The notes beneath the pieces are model-generated. The model was given only the letters and a program-made list of their open reading frames with translations, did no database searches and was not told the DNA's origin. From an uncultured Eubacteriales bacterium (GTDB lineage: Bacteria; Bacillota; Clostridia; Christensenellales; CAG-917), in the NCBI GenBank assembly GCA_900547975.1, contig URIX01000004.1, forward strand, positions 2,719 through 66,718: DNA of 64,000 nucleotides, in the 5' to 3' direction. Of the stretch, positions 37,367 to 44,998 are shown in pieces. Made by a program: the position numbers and the translations under genes. Position 1 is the stretch's first letter. The number at the start of each line of letters is the position of its first letter.

Positions 37367-39085
37367 ATGGGAAGCGACCTTTTCGCATTGAGTGCGCTCG
37401 CAAAGGAACTCAAAGAAGAACTTGTCGGCGCAAGAATAGACAAAATTCAACAACCCGAAGTTGACGAGTTGCGCTTTTTCGTGCGCGCAAAAGGCAAAAA
37501 TCAATGCCTCGTTGTATCTTGCAACGCAGGCGCGCCCCGTATTCACCTCACAAAAAGCAAAAAAACGAGTCCGCAAGTCGCGCCGAACCTTTGTATGCTT
37601 CTTCGCAAATACTTGCTTTCGGCAACGATAGGCGACGTTTCCGTATACAATTACGACCGTATAATACGCGTTCGTTTCGACGCTAAAACCGAAATGCGCG
37701 ACGAGGCGACTTTCTATCTTTTCGTCGAGATTATGAACAGATACTCGAACATCGTTTTCACCGACGAAAACCTTGTCATTCTCGACGCGGTGAAACATCT
37801 TCCCCTCGATATCGAGCGCAATCACGTCGTGCTTCGCGGCGTTCCGTATTCGCCCGTACAGCAAAAGAAAATCAGTTATCTAACCGATTGTTTTTCGATT
37901 TTCGACGATTTCAACGGCGGCGATTTGCATAGATTCATACAAGACAACATATCGGGATTTTCGGGCGCGACGATTGAAGAATTGTTGCTTAGAGCAAACG
38001 TAAATTCAAACGTCGAAAAACTGTCCGTAAACGAAAAAGAACGTCTTTGCAAAACCGCTAAGGATTTTGCGAGCGTGTACTCGGACGAGCCGAAAATTCA
38101 AATCCAGCCTTGCATAATAAACGGCAAGGAAGTTTATCCTATTCTCTATCGCTCGCTTGTCGATTCGACGGAATCCAACGTCGTGCGCTTCGAGAGTATG
38201 AGCGAGGCGTACGATTCCCTTTTCACCGATTGCGACAAGGATATTCGCAACAAGGCAAGGCTCAAATCGCTTGCCACGATTGCAAAACATTTGCGCCAAA
38301 AAGTCGAGAAAAACATCGCGATAGACCTTCAAAAACTCGCCGAATGCGAGGATATGGACAAATTCAGACTTTGGGGCGAACTTATCGTAAACTACATCTA
38401 TTTGATTAAAAAAGGCGACGAAAAACTCGTCTGCACCAACTATTACGACAATTCACAAGTGGAAATCCCCCTCGATTTGCGCCTTTCGCCGTCCAAAAAC
38501 TCTACGGCATACTACGCAAAATACAACAAACTTAAACGCACAAAAGAATTTGTGAGCCAAAAACTCGAAAAGGATAAAAATTTGCTCGAATACGTCAAGT
38601 CGATAGAGGACGAAATCACAAATCTACCCTACGAAAGCGACGCGGTCGCCATCGAACAAGAATTGACTATGCTCGGCGGCACGAAAAAGAAGTCTGCAAA
38701 GAACAAAGTCCGCAAAGAAACAGCCGACCCCCCCTACGTTTATTTTGTGGACGGATTCTATATTTACAGAGGCAAAAACAATATCCAAAACGACGAATTG
38801 ACGTTCAAAATCGCCTCGTCAAACGATGTATGGTTACACCTCAAAAACGAACACGGCTCGCATACGATAATCATTACGGAAGGACGGCAAGTCCCCGACA
38901 AAGTGCTGAAAATCGCAGGTGAAATAACGGCAAGCAACAAGCAAGCCTCTTGCGAAGTGGACTACACCGAACGTCGCAACGTCAAACGCAAACCCGACGG
39001 ACACCCCGGACAAGTGATATACGTCAATTACAAAACAATGGTGTCCGAACCGAACCCGCACAAAAACCTCGAAACGCGCAAATAA
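37367..39085 (+). CDS. rqcH: Ribosome quality control factor RqcH (NFACT / FbpA family)
   Basis: NFACT-N start ...IDKIQQPEVDELRFFVR..., a coiled coil, and NFACT-R DVWLHLKNEHGSHTII. 572 aa, similar in length to B. subtilis YloA. Confidence 0.85.
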   Translation: MGSDLFALSALAKELKEELVGARIDKIQQPEVDELRFFVRAKGKNQCLVVSCNAGAPRIHLTKSKKTSPQVAPNLCMLLRKYLLSATIGDVSVYNYDRIIRVRFDAKTEMRDEATFYLFVEIMNRYSNIVFTDENLVILDAVKHLPLDIERNHVVLRGVPYSPVQQKKISYLTDCFSIFDDFNGGDLHRFIQDNISGFSGATIEELLLRANVNSNVEKLSVNEKERLCKTAKDFASVYSDEPKIQIQPCIINGKEVYPILYRSLVDSTESNVVRFESMSEAYDSLFTDCDKDIRNKARLKSLATIAKHLRQKVEKNIAIDLQKLAECEDMDKFRLWGELIVNYIYLIKKGDEKLVCTNYYDNSQVEIPLDLRLSPSKNSTAYYAKYNKLKRTKEFVSQKLEKDKNLLEYVKSIEDEITNLPYESDAVAIEQELTMLGGTKKKSAKNKVRKETADPPYVYFVDGFYIYRGKNNIQNDELTFKIASSNDVWLHLKNEHGSHTIIITEGRQVPDKVLKIAGEITASNKQASCEVDYTERRNVKRKPDGHPGQVIYVNYKTMVSEPNPHKNLETRK

Positions 39086-39096
39086 CGCGCGTTTTT
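39073..39096 (+). terminator. Possible intrinsic terminator overlapping the rqcH stop
   Basis: AACGCGC/GCGCGTT stem followed by TTTTT. Confidence 0.5.
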
Positions 39097-39203
39097 AATT
39101 TGTATGTGAATTATAAAATAATAACAACTAAAAAATAGAGTTAATTTTATAAGCAAATAAACACATTAAACGCCGATATTTGGAAATTACTATGTTTCCA
39201 ATC

Positions 39204-39330
39204 CTAAACTGCGCTAAATCGATGGATAACGCGAAAGAGACACCCGAACGGCAACCCTAATTTACTAATCGTAAATGAGTTGTCGGGCGGGTGTCTCTGA
39301 CAAAGTTAGGCGCGATTTAGCGCAGTTTAG
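39204..39330. repeat. Long-hairpin repeat, copy A (type 1)
   Basis: Outer stem CTAAACTGCGCTAAATCG/CGATTTAGCGCAGTTTAG is perfect over 18 bp. The core is ATGGATAACGCGAAAGAGACACCCG...CGGGTGTCTCTGACAAAGTTAGGCG. The 3' end contains the TAA stop of the UPF0210 gene. Confidence 0.9.
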
Positions 39331-40676
39331 TTCTTGTTGGACCAAATGGGGGCAGGAATTCTACCGCCACGAGCAATCAACCTCGAAGGCGAAGTTTGAT
39401 TGATAGGCATAATGGGGGCTGTGCCGAGAAGTCCGCCGAAAGATACGCTGCCCGAATTTTTGCCGTAAACGGGAATTACGCGGACGGCGGTGGTTTTGTT
39501 GTTGACCACGCCGATTGCGGATTCGTCGGCAATCATTGCGGAAATTACGTCGGCGGAAGTGTCGCCCGGGATTGCAATCATATCGAGTCCGACAGAACAA
39601 ATTGCGGTCATCGCTTCGAGTTTTTCGAGGGTTAGAACGCCTTTTTGTGCGGATTCTATCATTCCGATATCCTCGCTGACCGGAATAAACGCGCCGCTGA
39701 GTCCGCCGACGTGCGACGAAGCCATAATACCGCCCTTTTTCACGGCGTCGTTGAGAAGTGCGAGCGCGGCGGTCGTGCCGTATCCGCCAACTACGTCAAC
39801 GCCGATTTCTTCGAGGATATGCGCAACGCTGTCCCCTTTTACAGGTGTGGGCGCAAGGCTCAAATCTATGATTCCGAAATGCGCGTCAAGGCGTTTAGAC
39901 GCTTCTTGCGCAACGAGTTGTCCTACTCTCGTGATTTTGTAAGCAACTTTCTTTATGGTTTCGGCAACGACGGTCAAGTTTTCGCCTTTGACGTGTTTCA
40001 ACGCTTCTTCCACAACGCCGGGACCGCTTACACCTACGTTTATGACACAATCGTTTTCGCCTACGCCGTGGAACGCGCCCGCCATAAACGGATTATCTTC
40101 TACCGCGTTTGCGAACACCACGAGTTTTGCGCAGCCTATGCTGTCGTTTTCCCTTGTTAGATATGCGGTTTCTTTTATAATTTTGCCCATAAGAGCAACC
40201 GCGTCCATATTTATGCCCGCTTTGGTCGAGCCGATGTTTACGCTTGAACATACTTTCTTCGTGCAAGCGAGCGCGGCGGGTATGGATTCGATAAACTTTT
40301 TTTCGTACTCGGTCATACCCTTGTGTACGAGCGCGGAATATCCCCCCACAAAGTCCACTCCGATTTCGTCGGCGCATTCGTCGAGGACTTGTGCAACCTT
40401 TATCGAATCGCCGGTGTGTGCCGTGATTATGCTTATCGGTGTTACGCTGATTCGCTTATTTACGATTGGTATTCCGATTTCGTTTGCGATGTCGTCGCAG
40501 ACTTTGACGAGATTTTTCGCCTTGCTCACGATTTTGTCGTGTACCCTTTGGCATAGAACGTCGATATCGTCGCTCACGCAGTCGAGAAGGGATATTCCCA
40601 TCGTGACCGTGCGCACATCAAGGTGCTCGAAAGATACCATTTTGTTGGTTTCAACCACTTCGTTCGCGTTTATCAT
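39327..40676 (-). CDS. UPF0210 (DUF711) family protein
   Basis: [13 protein letters not shown]..., 449 aa, paired with the upstream small ACT protein as is usual for this family. Confidence 0.85.
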   Translation of the reverse strand: MINANEVVETNKMVSFEHLDVRTVTMGISLLDCVSDDIDVLCQRVHDKIVSKAKNLVKVCDDIANEIGIPIVNKRISVTPISIITAHTGDSIKVAQVLDECADEIGVDFVGGYSALVHKGMTEYEKKFIESIPAALACTKKVCSSVNIGSTKAGINMDAVALMGKIIKETAYLTRENDSIGCAKLVVFANAVEDNPFMAGAFHGVGENDCVINVGVSGPGVVEEALKHVKGENLTVVAETIKKVAYKITRVGQLVAQEASKRLDAHFGIIDLSLAPTPVKGDSVAHILEEIGVDVVGGYGTTAALALLNDAVKKGGIMASSHVGGLSGAFIPVSEDIGMIESAQKGVLTLEKLEAMTAICSVGLDMIAIPGDTSADVISAMIADESAIGVVNNKTTAVRVIPVYGKNSGSVSFGGLLGTAPIMPINQTSPSRLIARGGRIPAPIWSNKN

Positions 40677-40685
40677 TTTCCAACC

Positions 40686-40955
40686 TCAAATACGGTGCAT
40701 CGACGTGAAAACCTGCTCGTTTTGAATGCGAATTTCAACGCCGAGTTCCTCGCCGAGCTTTGAAAGAGATTTGCTTATCGTCGCAAAATCCGCGTTGGAC
40801 TCGGACAAATCGACAAGCATAATCATTGTAAAATAGTCTTGCATAATGGTTTGAGAGATGTCTTGCACGTTGATTGCAAACTCGTAGAGCCGCGTGCTGA
40901 CTCTTGAAATTATGCCTCTTTGGTCTTTGCCGATGACAGATACAACCGCTTTCAT
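40686..40955 (-). CDS. ACT domain protein (UPF0237 family)
   Basis: MKAVVSVIGKDQRGIISRVSTRLYEFAINVQDISQTIM..., 89 aa. Confidence 0.85.
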   Translation of the reverse strand: MKAVVSVIGKDQRGIISRVSTRLYEFAINVQDISQTIMQDYFTMIMLVDLSESNADFATISKSLSKLGEELGVEIRIQNEQVFTSMHRI

Positions 40956-41042
40956 AGTCGTTCCTCTAAATTATTTATACTTGCAAAAAATTGATTGCAC
41001 GTTGAGTTTAGCATTGTAAATGCTATATGTCAATTTGATACG

Positions 41043-41068
41043 CAAAAAGCCCGATTTTTCGGGCTTTT
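41043..41068 (-). terminator. Intrinsic terminator after the PAP2 gene
   Basis: AAAAGCCCGA/TCGGGCTTTT stem followed by TTTTTG on the minus strand. Confidence 0.65.
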
Positions 41069-41134
41069 CGACGTTATTTTGAAGTTTGCCGACCGACAAA
41101 TATTGCGGCGGCATTTTTCTCTCTATACGAAAGA

Positions 41135-42400
41135 TTATTCGATAACCACGCCGTCTTTGAGATTGTCGGCGATTTCCTTGCCTATTTCGTTGGCTTGTTC
41201 GCTGCAAAGCGCGATTTCCTCGTTCTTGTCGTCGGAAACCGTGTTGTCGCTTTCGGTTTCGACTACGCTTTCGTCCGCAAGAGTTTCGAGAGCGTCTTCT
41301 TCGACGGTTTCGACGGGATTTTCAACCTCGATGTCGGCAGGAAGCGTAACCGCTTTCTTGGGTGCGAGGCGCGGGAACAACGCAAAGAAGTGACTTCCCT
41401 TGCACACGAAGATTTCACGCATAATAATGAAAGATACGAATGCGATTGTGCCGCCGAACGTGACGTCGCTCATATAGTGCGCGCCAACGACGATACGGCT
41501 GATTGCAACGAGCATCGTGATGACGATAGGCGTAACCCAGCAAGCGATTTTACCCGCCTTTTTATGCTTGAAGTCCACGACGTCGGGAAGCATAATGAGC
41601 GCGTACGACATACCTGCCGCGCAAGTATGACCTGACGGGAACGACTTGAACGCGTCGCTTGCGCCGGGATATACGTCGATAAACGAATTGATTATCGCCT
41701 CGTCGGGTTGACCGTTGCGAACATACCAAGGCGTATAGCCCTGCACCAACCCTGCGTTGATAAGGCGTTGACCGACGTTCGAGTTGATTGCTCTAAATCT
41801 CATACGACCGACCGGGTCTTTGACGAGGAGGATAATTATGTTTGCAAGCACGCAAGCCGCAAGAGCCGCAACCACCCACCATACGAGCCTTTTGAGCGTT
41901 TCCGCTTTCAAAGTACGAAGCGCAAGCACCGTAAGAGCCTGAATCGTGAGCGCAACGAGAACTTGACTTGCAACCACCGCGCCGTTGTGACGATATTCAT
42001 AAACCGCCGCGCCTGCCGCGCCGATTTCATTTGCGGCGTGCTCGATGACGTATTTCATCATATCTTTGATATAATACCACCAAGCGACCGTTCCCGCAAA
42101 CGCAAAAATGACAGCAAGAGCAATCGCCCATTTCTTTTTGTCAAAGCACTTTGCGAAATACCAACAAAGAATCGCCGTGCATAAACTCAAAAGAATGTAA
42201 ATCGGCGACGTGCCGACAGCCTCGCCCACTACGCCGAACAAATCGTTTGCAAGATATTCGCCGGGTTTCAACGCGTTTTTGGTGAGAATTTTGCTCACTT
42301 GAAAGTCGCAATAAGTCGCAACCAAAACGAGAGAAACAAACAACACCGCAAACAAGCACAGCGCAATTATCGTTTTTGATTTGATATTAAGAGATTTCAT
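41135..42400 (-). CDS. PAP2-family membrane phosphatase with acidic C-terminal tail
   Basis: SFPSGHTCAAG and SRIVVGAHYMSDV are PAP2 motifs C2/C3. Multiple TM helices. Confidence 0.8.
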   Translation of the reverse strand: MKSLNIKSKTIIALCLFAVLFVSLVLVATYCDFQVSKILTKNALKPGEYLANDLFGVVGEAVGTSPIYILLSLCTAILCWYFAKCFDKKKWAIALAVIFAFAGTVAWWYYIKDMMKYVIEHAANEIGAAGAAVYEYRHNGAVVASQVLVALTIQALTVLALRTLKAETLKRLVWWVVAALAACVLANIIILLVKDPVGRMRFRAINSNVGQRLINAGLVQGYTPWYVRNGQPDEAIINSFIDVYPGASDAFKSFPSGHTCAAGMSYALIMLPDVVDFKHKKAGKIACWVTPIVITMLVAISRIVVGAHYMSDVTFGGTIAFVSFIIMREIFVCKGSHFFALFPRLAPKKAVTLPADIEVENPVETVEEDALETLADESVVETESDNTVSDDKNEEIALCSEQANEIGKEIADNLKDGVVIE

Positions 42401-42632
42401 ACAATAACCCCTACAGTTTTTATTACTTTACATATTTTACCATACAACGGCGATTTTATCAATACATACCCTCAAAATTGTATGCAAAATATGCACAAAC
42501 CGTATTTTAATTGCCAATTTGTCCGATTTTTCGTTCAAAAGTATTCGCAAATTCGCTGATTTTTGAAATACTTTTGCCACATTCACTACACATTATCAAT
42601 GCCGAATACAATTCGCAATTGGAGGAAATAAT

Positions 42633-42776
42633 ATGCCGGGCGGCAAAATCCTGCCACCTTCAAAGGATAAAGCAAAGCGCACAGACAAAAATTGGGTATT
42701 GCAATATACAACGGGATATGATATATTAAGAGTAGCAAAAGATTCCTGCTATGTTTGTGATGATGCACTATTTTGA
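42633..42776 (+). CDS. Candidate 47-codon ORF (below the track cutoff)
   Basis: GGAGG lies 8 nt before the ATG. MPGGKILPPSKDKAKRTDKNWVLQYTTGYDILRVAKDSCYVCDDALF. No family recognised. Confidence 0.3.
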   Translation: MPGGKILPPSKDKAKRTDKNWVLQYTTGYDILRVAKDSCYVCDDALF

Positions 42777-42935
42777 ACCACAAATTTTATACGGGATGAC
42801 GCGTCCGACATAAATGCAGCGATGTCAAGCCTCGCAATTCAGTGGAAGACAGCAACTGCACGGCAGTCTTTACCCACCCTGCTATACGGCGGGTTTATAA
42901 AATGGCATCACACGGCGGTGCGGGATGGTCAAGAG

Positions 42936-42969
42936 AAAAACAGTCGCTCAATCGAGCGACTGTTTTTTT
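42936..42969. terminator. Strong bidirectional intrinsic terminator
   Basis: ACAGTCGCTC/GAGCGACTGT 10-bp stem flanked by AAAAA and TTTTTTT. Confidence 0.75.
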
Positions 42970-43047
42970 AAGTAATAAAAATTGATGTTTATATTATGTT
43001 GTGATACTTAAATGTTGATAAAAAAAACAAGCGTAACGTAAGGTTTT

Positions 43048-43169
43048 AAGCGCAATATTTGGATGAAGAACAAGGAAAAGACCTTTTGCGAATCCGCCCA
43101 ACGTACAAGAACGTACGTGACGGGTGAGCAAAATGTCTTTGACGCAGTGATTCGCCAAATAGTGCGCTT
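43048..43169. repeat. Long-hairpin repeat, copy B1 (type 2)
   Basis: Outer stem AAGCGCAATATTTGG/CCAAATAGTGCGCTT. Core ATGAAGAACAAGGAAAAGACC...GTCTTTGACGCAGTGATTCG. Apical stem ACGTAC/GTACGT. Confidence 0.85.
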
Positions 43170-43295
43170 GAGAGACTGCCAAATAGATACATAACGCGAA
43201 AGAGACACCAAAACAGCAATTCCAGTGTACATAGACGTACACGAATTGATGAGTGGGTGTCTCTGACAAAGTTAGGTGCTATTTGGCAGTCTCTC
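43170..43295. repeat. Long-hairpin repeat, copy B2 (type 1)
   Basis: Outer stem GAGAGACTGCCAAATAG/CTATTTGGCAGTCTCTC is perfect over 17 bp. Core ATACATAACGCGAAAGAGACACC...GGTGTCTCTGACAAAGTTAGGTG. Apical stem GTGTAC/GTACAC. It overlaps the aminopeptidase stop by 2 nt. Confidence 0.9.
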
Positions 43296-44520
43296 AAAAT
43301 GCCCAGTTGCCGTTGCGGAAAATGAGTATATCCTCCCCATCTCTCGTATGCGCCGTCACGTTAAGGTCTTGCGAGCCGATCATAAAGTCTACGTGTATGA
43401 TTGAATCGTTGATACCTTTTTGACGACATTCTTCGAGGGTGTATTTGTCGTAATCTTTGATACAATTCTCGAAACCGCGACCAAGTGCGAGGTGACAGCA
43501 GGCGTTCTCGTCGAACAAGGTGTTGAGGAAGGTTATTTCGGAATTGCGAATAGGCGAATCGTAAGGAACGAGAGCACATTCACCGAGATAAGCGGCGTTT
43601 TCGTCCATAGAAATCATTTGTTTGAGAAGTTCCTCGCCTTTTTCGGCGTGGACTTCGACCGCTTTGCCGTTTTCAAAGCGCACGGAAAAATTCTCGATGA
43701 GTTCGCCGCGATAAGATAGCGGGCGAGTTGCATAGACGACGCCTTCCGCTTTGCCCTTCATAGGCGATGTGAAAACTTCCTCGCTCGGAATGTTGGGATT
43801 GAACTCTACACCGCCGAGCGTAAACTCGCTTCCGCCGAGAAAGAGTGCGTCGGGAATGAGCCATACGGTAAAATTAGTGCCGTTAGATGACGTATAATGC
43901 AATGATTCGATGCCGAGCGAATTGAGATAATCGTATCTTGCTTTGAGGTCGGCGTTATGCTCGTTCCAAGCCTGAACGGGGTCGTTGCCGTCCGCTCTTG
44001 ACGTGTAAAGAATGGCGTTCCAAAGTTTTTCGACAGCTTTGCCGACTCTCTCGTTCGGGAACACCTTTTTCGCCCACGCTTCACCGGGGACTGCGGCGAT
44101 ACACCATTGATATTTGTTGTCCATTTGGTCGTGTAGGGGTTTTATGATAGGATAAATCGCTCTTTGCGCCTTTGCGACTTTGGATTGGTCCACGCCTTTA
44201 AGTCCGTCGGGGTCTTCCGATTCGATATATATAACCGCGGGAAGCGCGTCAACCTGATGTTTGAGTTTTTCGACTTGCCACTCGTCCATCATGGAAAGAG
44301 TTTTGAGCGAACGATAGCGATAGTTGACTTTCGTGAGCGGTTGATAATCCCACTCGACCGTAACTTTCTTTGCACCCTTTCGATAACATTCCTCAGCAAC
44401 CATTTTTACAAATTCGGGTTGGTCGAGTCCTGCACGGATGATGACTTCTTGATTTTTCTGCACGTTTACGCCCTTTTGAGCGATAAGACGAGCATATTTT
44501 TGCATAGTTGTTTTTTTCAT
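43294..44520 (-). CDS. Aminopeptidase, peptidase family M29 (AmpS/PepS-like)
   Basis: MQKYARLIAQKGVNVQKNQEVII...; 408 aa with the family-typical N-terminus and a HVDFMIG motif. Confidence 0.88.
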   Translation of the reverse strand: MKKTTMQKYARLIAQKGVNVQKNQEVIIRAGLDQPEFVKMVAEECYRKGAKKVTVEWDYQPLTKVNYRYRSLKTLSMMDEWQVEKLKHQVDALPAVIYIESEDPDGLKGVDQSKVAKAQRAIYPIIKPLHDQMDNKYQWCIAAVPGEAWAKKVFPNERVGKAVEKLWNAILYTSRADGNDPVQAWNEHNADLKARYDYLNSLGIESLHYTSSNGTNFTVWLIPDALFLGGSEFTLGGVEFNPNIPSEEVFTSPMKGKAEGVVYATRPLSYRGELIENFSVRFENGKAVEVHAEKGEELLKQMISMDENAAYLGECALVPYDSPIRNSEITFLNTLFDENACCHLALGRGFENCIKDYDKYTLEECRQKGINDSIIHVDFMIGSQDLNVTAHTRDGEDILIFRNGNWAF

Positions 44521-44609
44521 ACACTACACCTCTGTGCGTTCATATTTTGTGAATATTATATCATCTTTCGTCGTTATTTCAACAACATTTTACGCATTAC
44601 GCCAACAAA

Positions 44610-44995
44610 GGTTTTAAGCGCGGATATTTGAGCGACAGACAAGAAAGGCACATCTTGGATCAATCCTCAAAAAACCGCACATATTCGTAAAGCGCGATAT
44701 TTAGATGAAGAACAAGAAAGAGCCGTCCGAACGGCAACCCTAATTTACTTGTAGTAAATGAGTTGACGGACGATTGGTGATGACATAGTTATTGCCGTTT
44801 TAAGCGCGATATTTGAGTGGCAGACAAGAAAGGACATCTTGAATCAATCCTCAAAAACTGCACATATTCGTAAAGCGCGATATTTAGATGAAGAACAAGA
44901 AAGAGCCGTCCGAACGGCAACCCTAATTTACTATTCGTAAATGAGTTGACGGACGGACGGCTCTGCCGAAGTTATTCGCTAAATAGCGCGCTTTA
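44610..44995. repeat. Array of four long-hairpin repeat copies (type 2), arranged as a 186-bp tandem duplication
   Basis: The unit starting GTTTTAAGCGCG recurs at 44611 and 44797. Each unit is a degenerate copy plus a full copy. The last copy (44871-44995) has outer stem TAAAGCGCGATATTTAG/CTAAATAGCGCGCTTTA and ends 3 nt from the reductase stop. Confidence 0.9.
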
Positions 44996-44998
44996 CAC

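Noticed and set aside
39222-39312. Whether the conserved loop is a hammerhead core (GAAA ... CUGA), a kink-turn, or a box C/D-like pair (AUGAAGA ... CUGA).
   Set aside because: The order and number of helices do not fit a hammerhead three-way junction. The sequence reads CUGACAA, not CUGANGA, and CUGA is not conserved in copy C2 (CUGCCGAA). No tandem G.A arrangement could be placed consistently. The resemblance is treated as coincidental.
39204-39330. Whether the hairpin repeats are integron attC sites. On the coding strand the sequence right after the stop is GCCTAAC (RYYYAAC), and the plus strand has GTTAGGC (GTTRRRY).
   Set aside because: The partner site is GTTATCC, which does not fit GTTRRRY and pairs only over TAAC/GTTA. 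Type 2 copies have GTTATTC. There is a long extra outer stem not found in attC. The flanking genes are large housekeeping genes kilobases apart, and no intI or attI is present in the window.
42777-42935. Whether the GC-rich tail after the 47-codon ORF is SRP RNA or a riboswitch. It contains GATGACGCG, GGAAGACAGCA and GCGGGATG strings reminiscent of 4.5S RNA.
   Set aside because: The conserved SRP domain IV sequence (AGGUCNGGAAGGAAGCAGC) is absent and the order of the motifs is wrong. No riboswitch core that I know matches, and no gene follows it on the plus strand.
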